64,000 nt of DNA from Adineta vaga (taxonomy: Eukaryota > Animalia > Rotifera): contig CP075493.1 of the NCBI GenBank assembly GCA_021613535.1, positions 15,996,001-16,060,000 of the forward strand, given 5' to 3'. Below are positions 51,541 to 62,615 of the stretch, in pieces. Below the pieces are notes generated by a model. It saw only the letters and a program-made list of their open reading frames with translations. It was not told where the DNA came from and did not search any database. Within the stretch, counting starts at the first letter, position 1, and each line of letters begins with the position of its first letter. A program made the translations under genes and the position numbers.

Positions 51541-51717
51541 TTATTCCTTTTTATTTTGACATAATCTCGAGAGAGAAAACTTTTCTTTTCGTAAATAAAT
51601 AAATAAATATCAGTATACGTGTAATTGCATCACACAGTAGTAAGAACAGCAAATAAAAGAAATACTAGGGTATATAAATGCTTCCATCGTCTCGTTTAAC
51701 AGGAATATATACGCACA

Positions 51718-52053
51718 ATGGTGACCTCATTAAGAAAACGAGTTATTTCAAAGCAAACCAAAAGACATGTACCCTATCGGAAACTATTAATTCCAGCTCT
51801 TCAATGGTGGAATCCAGAAAATAAAGCAAGTGAAGCAACAAGTGTAGTACGTGTTATCAATTGGATACAACGATTCGGTAAATGTGGAAATGGACCTTAT
51901 TTAAAGTATGGACAACGATGCATACGAAGAGCTTTACTTTTGAGTGCAAGAGCTGGATTATTGAAACGAAAGAAACAATCGTTTCTTCTAGGAAAAGAAA
52001 CTGTAAAACGATTACAAGAGAAAAAGAAGATATCGAAAACTAATCGGTGTTAA
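51718..52053 (+). CDS. Small basic protein, divergent linker histone H1/H5-like
   Basis: HVPYRKLLIPAL..S...INWI...IRRALL....GLL....QSFLL spacing resembles the H15 globular domain; K/R-rich. Confidence 0.5.
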   Translation: MVTSLRKRVISKQTKRHVPYRKLLIPALQWWNPENKASEATSVVRVINWIQRFGKCGNGPYLKYGQRCIRRALLLSARAGLLKRKKQSFLLGKETVKRLQEKKKISKTNRC

Positions 52054-52306
52054 ATAAATTTCTTTCTGTATTTTTCTTTTTTGTAAATAAATCAAGAAAC
52101 TCAGTAGATGTTTAAAATCGAATCAACATGTGTCTATTTTCATTTTGATGCATATTCATAATAACTATGACAACAGATAATAAGAACTATAGCGGATGAA
52201 AAAAGTCAAATATTGCGAACGTTCACAGATGAACTAGTTTGTAGCAAAATTAATTTGCGTTAGACATCTATACAAATTTGAATGAAAGATAGAAGAAAGT
52301 ATTTTA

Positions 52307-53044
52307 TTACATATAAGCACTAACAAAACCATTTAAAGCAGTTACGGGTGTGTTGGTAGCTTTCAACCAACAGTTGTATCTTTGCCACTGTTCTGTATTA
52401 TTTGGATAACCCCAAGTGAATCCACGACAGTTTCGATTTATTAAACATTGATTACAACATTGTGCATAGGTTTGTTGAGAATAGTTATTCAGGTAGTTAG
52501 AACCACCAAGATTAGCATTGTGTGTAGTGCTCATATTTCCACATTTCCATGGATTTTCTGAAAAATAAGGAGCTTAGATGAAAATCTGTCTTTCGATCTC
52601 CATAACTAAATGACAAAAAAACAATTATCATCTACTAACCAGGCGATGTTGTTGATGTAATTTGATCTAAATTCAAAAAAACAAACAAACAGATTAATTA
52701 GTAAAAATATATTTCTAATCTTTCTTTTTTTCTTTAATATTAAACATACTGTATGTTATTGTTGTTTGTGTTTGATTAATAAATATCAGAGTAGAATTGA
52801 GATTGAATTCAACTAAAACTGAACTTGTATTCAGGTGAAATAATTGGCAAATTTGATTAGTTGAATAATAATTTACTGCCGATATAATTGTAGATGACTT
52901 TATCATTTCACATATGCATTGATTTTCAGATAGATTCCAAAGCCTCGCATCTATATTATAATTTATTTTAGAATATGCGATTTTATTGATCAATAAACAA
53001 TTGTAAAGAGAAAATATGGATAAAATGTATAATATGTGAAACAT
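52307..53044 (-). CDS. Secreted PAN/apple-domain protein (multi-exon)
   Basis: Signal peptide; CCNQCLINRNCRGFTW...CWLK PAN motif in the last exon. Confidence 0.7.
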
Positions 53045-53603
53045 TCTTCACAATTCTCGTCCTTGTTGATTAACTTATTGCAGTTTTTTTTCTCTTTTAA
53101 TCAACTATTTGTTATAGAAGAAATAAACATGGCATTTTATCCCGAAAATTTTCAGCGATGCAAAAACACACTTAGTAATGTATTATATGATGTGTAGAAA
53201 AAGAAAGGAAAATATTTGAGTGAGAGAAAAGAATATTGAATTACTTTCTTCAAACCATTTCTGAAATTGAATATATAATTATCATTTTAAATATTCGCCT
53301 GGCGACAGAAAAGAAGAAATTAGCACTGAGATATGGATTTATTTTTTTTGTTCTTAGTTTATTCTGTTGATCGCAATTTTAACAAAATAAACTCTGAGTG
53401 TTTTTAGAAGACATAAGCATAAAAGGTCATCAATGAGGATATGAATGTCAATATAGATTTAAATATTAGTATTCATAAACCACCCTCAACTTCAAATTAC
53501 AACGAATAGAACTGACAGATCACTACTAAAATGCAAGGGTAATACGTTACAATAGATACAAAATATTAAAAGACAATTGTTAATTTAATCTTGTGCTCAA
53601 GTA

Positions 53604-53652
53604 AGGGTGTGGGTGTTGAAAGAGAAGACCCCCTCACCCACACCCTCAAGAT
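53604..53652. repeat. Telomere-like inverted linker (two-armed); a short half-site lies at 53480-53489
   Basis: AGGGTGTGGGTGT, 18 nt spacer, then CACCCACACCCTCAAGAT. Confidence 0.9.
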
Positions 53653-54647
53653 TAAAATGTATTATTGTCTATTATTCGACCATTATGCATGTTAAAATGC
53701 CGCTTTTCAGGTGAATAATGATAGTATGACCATTAAAATCCCATTTAGTTTTAGAAGCTATCATTTCGAGCATTTTTACGAGAATGAACTCTGAGTTTCA
53801 AAGTTTAAAACTGCTTACAAAAATATTCAGAGATTCCTGAGATCGTGTAGTGTTCATATTTTTACCCGAAGAAGTCTCTCCAGCTGAACTTCATACGAGT
53901 TCTATCAGAAGCCAATTGAGTGGATTTTGGATAGATATACTACATGAAAAGGAAAATTGAGTGTTACAATTTTTTATCAGGTTAATATCTTAAATAGTGC
54001 TCCTGGTGTAATCAGACATATTTTTATAACTTCTAATTCTGTAATATTTGATAAATTTATCGTCTTCTTTAAATACTTTACTTGATCTAGTTTGCATTTC
54101 TACTCATGATGATTATAAGAAAAGAGATTGACTGTTTTGATAAATGCGCTAGCGTAAAACGAATCGTTTTCTTTTTTACATCTTTCACACGAATCTCTAA
54201 CGCTGATCAAGCAGTGGATTCTGCTAGTGCCGATGCTAACTGTCCATTGAGGATTTAAGCAAAGAATTCGAATAAACATGTTACTTGAGCTGATATTATA
54301 TATAGTGCACCATTGGAAGTACCACCACTGAAATATTTTTTAAGTTTCTTTTCTCGAGAATATTACGACACAATTCATAAACGTTGAATTTTTACGTCAA
54401 GAAAGAAAGAAAGAATAAAAAAAGAAAGAGAACTCGCATTATTCCACATAAATGACTTGGCTCGTACCGCTGTAAGTAGTATGACGATGCAAATAAATGA
54501 ACGAAAGATTCTTACAGCACGCAAAGTACATTACTGCTGGACTGCATCATCATTACACAGGCAAAAAAACTAGAGTACCATATTCTCTTATAAATATAGA
54601 AAGTGTTCTAGTAACATTATAAACATTTTTTCAAGAAAGAATAGAAA

Positions 54648-56847
54648 ATGGTTGGAACGTTACACAATACAAATCAAATTACACCTGCTATCATTGATAT
54701 GGATGCAGAAAAAAATCCAACATTCGACAAGGGCATTGATAATTCACATAAAATTGAGATGCCTGAAGGAAGTAGAAGAAAAAGTCGAATGTCTGTTGAT
54801 GGAGCTCGGATCATCGCAGCATTATCACCACGTATCACCGTTACATTTCATAATGTTTCTAAAGTCATCAATGTACCAGCTAAAATGATCGATCCTTCAT
54901 CAAAAGAACGATACATTCAACGTACCCTTCTTGATAAAGTTTCCGGTCAAATTCATCCTGGACAAATAGTTGCACTTATGGGACCATCAGGTATAATTAA
55001 ATCATTTATATATAGATTTTCACATTTATTTTAATAGGCAGTGGTAAAACAACATTACTGAATACATTATCTGGTCGAGCATTAAATGGTGTTACTGGTG
55101 ATATTTGGTTTAACAAACAGCGACATGAGAAAGGCATGAAACGAAAACTGGCTTATGTTCTTCAACAAGATTTATTTTTCGAAAGTCTTACTGTTAAACA
55201 ACAATTAACATATACAGCTCTTCTTCGATTACCAAATCATTTATCAAAAACTGATAAAATTGCTCGAGTTGAACAAATTATTGATCAATTACGTATTCGA
55301 AAATGTGCAAATACTCCAATTATGTTGATATCTGGTGGAGAAAAGAAACGTGTCAATATTGGTACAGAATTATTGAGTAATCCAAGTGTTATTTTTCTTG
55401 ATGGTAAATTATAAATTCTTATTCATATTTTAGAAGATGAATAATTTAATATTAAATTTAGAACCAACATCTGGTTTGGATAGTACATCAGCAGTTGCAT
55501 TAATTGATGTTCTTAGAGAATTATCAAGTCAAGGTAAAACAATAATTACATCCATTCATCAACCATCATCACAAATATTTCAATCATTTGATCAACTCAT
55601 TTTATTAGCTGATGGAAAAACTATTTTTATGGTAATTATATTCTACTAAAAGAAATATTTCTTTTCTTTTCCTTTTTTAGGGTAAACCATCTGATGCTTT
55701 ACCGTATTTCGCTACAATGGGTCATCAATCTCCACCACAATATAATCCAGCTGATTATGTTATGGATCTTGTAAATCAAGATATGAATGTACGAGAAAAT
55801 CTTAAAGAAGCATATCTACGAAATCGAATAACAGCGAAAGAAATAAAATCAATTCATCAATTTAAAGAACAAAATTCACCCGAAGGTAGAAAATATTTAA
55901 CAGCTGAACCATCTGGAAATGAATCAGATCTTACAAATCCAGATAATGTAAATCTGATCTCCGGAAAACATAGTAGCAGATGGCCTATTGGTTTCTTCTC
56001 ACAAATGGTAATTCTTTTTTCACGTAGTTTTCGATTAACTGGAAAAACTCAATTTACTCTTCTTAATTTTGTACAAGCATTATCTTTAGCTGTAATTAGT
56101 GGTCTATGTTGGTTACAAATGGATTTTGTTGAAAGTACAATTCCAGATCGATCATCATTTATATTTTTTATAATGACTTTTTGGCCATTTCAAACATTAA
56201 TGATGGGTATATTATCATTTCCATTTGAACGTGGTGTTATTGAAAAAGAACGAGCAAGTGGATCATATCGTTTATCAGCTTATTTTATTGGAAAATCATT
56301 AGCTGAAGCTCCACTAAAATTAGTTTTACCAACATTATTTCTTATAATTGCTTATTGGATGGCAAGAATTAATAATAATTTTGCTATTTTTCTTGCTATT
56401 GTAGTTTTTCAACTTCTCTCAATTCTTGTAGCTGAATCATTTGGTCTATTTTTGGGAGCAACATTAAGAAATTTACATCATGCTATTACAGCTGCAACCG
56501 TTTTTCTTATTAGTTTAATGTTAATTGGTGGATTTTTTATTCAACATCTACCACATTGGTTAGGTGTATGGGCTAAATGGTTATCATTTTTTAAATATGC
56601 TTATAGTGCATGTCTTAGATTACAATTTATGGGTGGACAAATTTATCGTTGTGTAGATGGATCCTATGTTGATATTTGTCGAAATAATATCAATGGAACA
56701 TTTACAGGCGCTGATGCACTTCGCTTTTTTGATAGTGGTATTGATATTGGTTACAATTTTTTGGTTCTTTTTGCAATGTTTATAGTTTTTCGAATAGGTG
56801 CATATCTTTCATTACGATTTATCAAAAATAACACTGGTAGAACTTAA
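54648..56847 (+). CDS. ABCG (White-family) half transporter; exons 54648-54990, 55038-55403, 55462-55631, 55681-56847
   Basis: Walker A GPSGSGKTT and LDEPTSGLD reconstituted across 47-, 58- and 49-nt introns; ISGGEKKR signature; C-terminal TMD. Confidence 0.92.
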
Positions 56848-57307
56848 TTATCCTTTTTTTTTCTTTCTCACTTAAGCAGGCCTTTCTGCATAGCTAATGT
56901 CCTATTTTGTTTGTATAATCATGAATTACATATATTATTAATAAATTACGTATATCTCTTATATTGTCTAATGCATATTGAGAACTTTCTCATTGAAACA
57001 AATAACCAAAGAAAATAAAAATATCAAACATGTACAGAATGAGCTAAATGTCTCAGTGCTTCAAAGAAAACCTACATTTCTCCCGTATTACAGATCATAA
57101 AGTGCTCAAAGTTGCACATACAGTTTCCCAGAATTCATTTTTATCATAAATACAAGTTCTAGATTTTTACACGTCGTTATTGTTTTTTTTGTTATTTGGA
57201 TAACCTTTCTTATAAATCAGATGTTAAAATTAGAAAAATGTATAAAATCAGAAAGAAAACTGCCGATGTTCAAAAGACTCTTCAGGTGGCTTTATTATAA
57301 CAACATA

Positions 57308-57322
57308 TGAGGGTGTGAGTGT
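57308..57322 (+). repeat. Telomere-like G-rich half-site fused to a mariner fragment
   Basis: TGAGGGTGTGAGTGT followed directly by CAAAGATATTATTCATTGG. Confidence 0.7.
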
Positions 57323-57822
57323 CAAAGATATTATTCATTGGGAAGTTCTTCCTACTGGTTGCACCGCCACTGCTGATCTCTACTGTCAGCAATTGGATCG
57401 AGTTGCAGCAAAACTTCATGGAAAGCAAGAAAGAGTTTATTTTTTGCATGACAACGCCAGACCTCACATTGCAAAGTCGACTCGTGAAAAATTATTGAAG
57501 CTCGGATGGATTACACTTCCGCATCCACCTTACTCTCCTGACTTGCTCCCAACAGATAACCATTTGTTTCGTTCTCTTTCTAGTTATTTGGACGAGAAAA
57601 GATTCGACGACGAGAACGACCTGAAAACGGATCTGTCCAACTTCTTCCACCAAAAATCTCAAGACTTTTACGAAGGCGGAATCCTTTCTCTTCCGTAACG
57701 CTAGCGACAAGTCGTAGATAGTAATGGAGCATACATTCTTGAAAGCTAGTTGTATTTTTTAAGTTAAAAAATAAAAAGAAGTTTTTCGAAAAAAACCGAA
57801 AAAATTTCTTGCCAACCTAATA
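57323..57822 (+). mobile_element. Mariner transposon 3' fragment with right TIR
   Basis: HDNARPH and HPPYSPDL..D motifs; ends TTGCCAACCTAA-TA. Confidence 0.9.
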
Positions 57823-58469
57823 TTAAGATTTTATTATTTTCTCAGGCTGAGGTATTGAAGAAATAAAAATGTTTATAAATATTTTTTGCTTTTTTACATA
57901 TTTAGAAAAATGTAACTTTTCATATTCTCACCAAAAGAAATAGCCTTGAAGAGAGGCTTTAGAAACTTTGCAGTATACAAAAAAAAATTATGTTCTGCTG
58001 TTTCGAACAAAAAAATAATATTCGATTAAGCTTGTTTAGTAATGGAGTTATAGGCATTTCTTATCGACGGGTTACTTATGGTCTACTCTATATTTCTCTT
58101 CTTTTTATCATCACAAACCTTTACATTCAAAATGAATAATCTTAATAATTTTTTGCTCTAATTTCACACCGACTTTTTAATTAAATTTTCATACTATTTA
58201 TAAATTCTTTACACTAACATTTTGCTATAAGGTGATTTAGATTGCAAAAAAAATTAGAAATAATGTAAACCGAAATGACGACATTTTATTAATCGAATAA
58301 ATTTAGTTTTAGGCTTTAATTGCCAAGGATTAAATATCACCTACTTTTATTGAGAAAAAAATTTCTTTAAACAACAAACATTTTTCATTAGAAAAAATGT
58401 AATCTGACTAAAAAGATCGATTCTTACTAAACAGATTTTCCCTTAATTCCTATTAAATTGACATATAGA

Positions 58470-59483
58470 ATGTCATCATTAAGTATTACATTATCATCTA
58501 TTCAAAAACCTATAGTACTGTGTTTAGCTTGTTTCTTTATTTCATTTGGTATAATTGGATGTATTCTTAATATTTTTCTTTTTTCTCGAACACAATTTCG
58601 AACAACATCATGTTGTAAATATTTCTTATTTGCATCTATTGCAATGTTATTTACTCTTTTAATGTATTCAATTCCAGGAATATATTCTTATTTTTATGTC
58701 AATCCAAATACATTTAATGTTGCTTTTTGTAAATGTCGAGCATATGTTATTCATGTCACGTCTGTCATATTCCGTTTTTTATTATGTGCAGCTTCATTTG
58801 ATCGTTTTGCATTATCATCTTCAAGTGTACGTTTAAGAAATTTAGCAAATGTTAAATTCGCATATCCAATCATTGCTTCAATTGCTATTATTATCCCGCT
58901 TATACATATTTATATGTTAGTCTTTTACAATATAAAATCTAATAGTTGTTATAATTCTCTTGATGCCATAGCACTTACTATTCTTAACATTTATTCTTTA
59001 CTAAATATATCTATTCTACCATTGACCATAATGATTATATTTGCTGTATGTATTCGTAAAAATCTAGCGGAAAAACAAAAACGTCGTCAAAATGTTCTTA
59101 ACCAGCCGATAAAAATTGATCAAAACAAGCAAATTCAATTAAAACGTGATCAACAAATATTAAAAATGTTATTTTCTCAAACTATTGTGTTTTTTATTGT
59201 AACATTACCATATACGTTCTATAATATTAATAATATTATTTCTCCTTATATTCCAAATAAAAGTTCCGATCAAATAGCAATAGAAAATTTTGCATCTGCA
59301 ATATCTGCTGTATTTAGTCATGTTTTTCCAGCAATTTCATTTTATATTTATACATTAACATCAAGTCTGTTTAGAAAGGAACTATGTCTCATGTTACGTT
59401 CTCCATTTTCTTGTCATTTTCTAAATCAAAATCGTCGTTTGGAACCAACATCAGCAAATCGAATACATCCGACAAATAATTAA
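58470..59483 (+). CDS. Orphan rhodopsin-like 7TM GPCR
   Basis: GIIGCILN in TM1, FCKCRAY, ASFDRF, TLPY in TM6, FYIYTL..FRKEL. Confidence 0.85.
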   Translation: MSSLSITLSSIQKPIVLCLACFFISFGIIGCILNIFLFSRTQFRTTSCCKYFLFASIAMLFTLLMYSIPGIYSYFYVNPNTFNVAFCKCRAYVIHVTSVIFRFLLCAASFDRFALSSSSVRLRNLANVKFAYPIIASIAIIIPLIHIYMLVFYNIKSNSCYNSLDAIALTILNIYSLLNISILPLTIMIIFAVCIRKNLAEKQKRRQNVLNQPIKIDQNKQIQLKRDQQILKMLFSQTIVFFIVTLPYTFYNINNIISPYIPNKSSDQIAIENFASAISAVFSHVFPAISFYIYTLTSSLFRKELCLMLRSPFSCHFLNQNRRLEPTSANRIHPTNN

Positions 59484-60246
59484 AAATATGAAGAATTAAA
59501 ATATATTTATATTCAATTATATATGTTGTGTAGTTATGTGATTTGCTGTCTCGTAAAATTTATTGCAGTTAAAATATTAAAAAAAAGAACATCTTGTCAG
59601 CTTTAAATTTGTGTTCAACTTCTATCAACAAATATAGTTTAATATCAGTAATATAACTATTATCACTGGAAGCATGGAAGATAACAACTTCATTAGTTTT
59701 ACAATATTAACTCAAATTTTTCATTCTTTTAAGTCAACAGTTCAACAATAAATAAATGAAAGTTCTTGTAATAGAAACAAAAGATAAATTAACAAGTTTA
59801 CAAATAAATACTTAACTGCCAGTTTGATTATTGATCACAGTAACATCCATCTTTCCATCATGACTAAAATCATCAATGGCCAAAAAAAATTATTATTGAA
59901 TTTGATTTCAGTAGTGTCGCGTTAATTTGGTTGCATAACCATTAATTAGACTAACGTCTCGTCTCTCGTCTAATCTTTATAATCATTATGCGAAAGAAAA
60001 TGTCTAAGTCTTGGAACACGATTTTCTCCATACATGTATAACTTGAAACTTGAATTTAACTATTCAAGTATTCATTCCTATACTTGAACAAGCAACGTTC
60101 GCCGCTTCGACTCAATTAACCTCGACTGTGGAAGCCAGAGGTATTTTTCGCATGTGTTGGTGTCGGGAGAACTCATCCAGCAGCTTTATCCAAATAATGA
60201 AGAGTTAACTGACTTACACTCTTTAATTCATAATAACTCTAATAAT

Positions 60247-60765
60247 TATTGGGTTGGTAAGAAATTTTTCGCGTTTTTTCAAAAAAAATTTTTTCATTTT
60301 TTAAATATAAGAATACAATCATCAATCAACAATGTATGCTCCATTATTCTCTATGACCTGTCGCCAACGCTCTGGCAGAGAGAGGATATCCATTTTGAGG
60401 TCGTTCTCGTCTTCGAATTTTTTCTCACGTAAATAATTGGAGAGAGAACGGTACTGGTGGTAGTCCGTAGGAGTCAAGTCAGGAGAATAAGGTGCATGGG
60501 GAACGGTGCTTCATCCAAGCTCCAATAATTTTTGCCGTGTCAACTTTGCTACATGGGGTCTAGCATTATCGTGCAAAAAATAATTCAATCTTCTTTTCCT
60601 TTGAGTTTTTCGGTAACCCAATCCAATTGCTGACAATAAAGATCAGCTGTGATGTTGCAGCCGTTTGGAATCATTTTTCAATGAATAATCTCTTTGATTC
60701 CACACCACACGCTCAGTATCACCTTCTTTAGACGTAGATCAGTCTTGGGCGTTGGTACACCTGCT
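60247..60765 (-). mobile_element. Mariner transposon 3' fragment (degenerate) with TIR, truncated at a linker
   Basis: LSVWCG, HDNARPHVA and HAPYSPDL with internal stops; TIR TA-TTGGGTTGGTAAGAAA at 60247. Confidence 0.85.
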
Positions 60766-60828
60766 TGGGTGTGGGTGTGAGTGATGAAAAAGAACACATC
60801 CACCCACACCCACATCCGCACCCTCGAG
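60766..60828. repeat. Telomere-like inverted linker (two-armed)
   Basis: TGGGTGTGGGTGTGAGTG, 12 nt spacer, then ACATCCACCCACACCCACATCCGCACCCTCGAG. Confidence 0.9.
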
Positions 60829-62097
60829 GACCATATACTCCATTTCCAATTATTCGTCAAAGAAATGAAGAAAGAGCTCTTCAACTATTAAATAACAATA
60901 CAAACTTAAATCTTTCGTCCATTTTTGACCGTCATAAGGTATTAAAATCTAGTCGTGTATAGATACATGCTAAAGAAAATAATATTTTATTTAGCGAAGA
61001 TCAAGATTTCTTAACAACTATGCACGAATGGTTTATTTCGAAAAACAAATTCTTAACCAAATCAACTATTGGTCTTATTCATATATTTAGTATACAATTA
61101 GCTAATCTTGTTATTGATTTACAAATTTCTTCGATAAATCATATCAAAACTTTAAAATCAATGTTTAATATTGTCGAAGCATATAAGTCTGATCATCTTG
61201 ATATACCTCGTATAATAGCGAACATTCGTAAAAGTTATGATTTACAAAATACTGACGAAATTTTGTCATTTTTTTTCTTAATATTATCAACAAGGTATAT
61301 CAGATTCAATTGTCAATGGTTAAGTTTTTGCACATGGAGATATTTGGTCATCGAATATTTTAATTAATGAAAATGATTCGACATTGAGTATTTTGGATTG
61401 GGAGTGGTCAGGTGTTTGATCAACTGCACATGATCTAGGTATATTTCTTTCACATTCTCATGTTCAAATGTTAATCAAGCCTTCAAATGAAAGTTCATGA
61501 TGCTGTATGAATGCATTTACAGGTGCTTAAAAAGAGAATGCTCAACGATATAAAGTTAGTTGGTATGAAAATGAACAAGAAAAATATTTCTTTGCATGGA
61601 CATTAGGTATTCTTCATGCAATTGATATATTATTCTGGGCAACTTTTTTTTAACTTGTTCTTCGAATGAAGAAAAAATATGTTATCATACACGTTGTCTC
61701 GTAACAGAAAATGTCGATCAGGTCCAAACAGAACTACTTATGATGCTATGGTAAATGATCAATTATTTGGTAGACTTTTCCAAGATCATCAATAAATACA
61801 CTATGAACAATAGTTGAAATGAACAAAGGAGGGAAAAGCGGACCCTCATAGATCCTAGGATCCATAAGGAGCCAATTCAGTCGAATTTTTTTAAAACTAA
61901 ATAATTGAATTAACAGCAGAATTATCGACGATAAATACAGCATAAAGAGAATTTGATAAAAATTGAACCAATTCGACCAGATTTAGCTATTTTATCCAAC
62001 AAATTCGAGGGACACAAAAAATCTTGGAGGATCCACTCTTCCCCCTTGCATAAAACTGTGTCTATTGAGATGTCAACCATTCGTGAATGGTGATAGC

Positions 62098-62140
62098 TGA
62101 GGTGAACCTAGTAATGTTAGCTAATCTCACCCACACCCAC
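62098..62140. repeat. Telomere-like linker, degenerate G arm
   Basis: TGAGGTG ... CTCACCCACACCCAC. Confidence 0.6.
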
Positions 62141-62615
62141 TTTCTAAGTAGTCTTATTGGTAAAAGACATCTCGGCCGAAAACCTTATTGCTCAACTGAC
62201 ATTAGCTGATTCAGCTCTGCACAATAGCTTCAGTACCTAAGCACAGAAAAACTGAACTTGTCGACAGCTAGTTATGTTTTGAAAATGCTCGGCACTTTGC
62301 AAAATTAATGAAAGTTATTTAGCCAGAATATAACATGGTATTTTTGTTGAGAATTTCATGGCGCATCTTTTCATATAAACTATTGAGCCTTTTCGTTGAA
62401 TTGAAAATGATCCAGCGACAAAAAACTGAGAGACCAATTTATTCTATCCATTCATTAACATGTGAATGTTAGAAAAAGCATATGATAAGCTCACAAAAAC
62501 AGAGGCATGGATATCAAAAGTACAGCAGAGAAGGCATCGAATAAAATGAATAGACAACACCATGAATTTTTAGCGAAGGAAGGGACAAACAACTAAATTA
62601 ATGTTCGTGTAGAAG

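Noticed and set aside
5284-60962. Short ORFs containing GVGVGV, WVWV, TPTP or HPHPH (e.g. 5319, 11359, 11576, 29805, 36888, 49952, 60765)
   Set aside because: These are translations of the linker repeats, not genes.
743-62140. CRISPR array or bacterial integron attC interpretation of the linkers
   Set aside because: The repeats are kilobases apart and inverted around the spacer rather than direct; no cas or integrase gene is present; the context is eukaryotic with spliceosomal introns. Only the analogy is kept.
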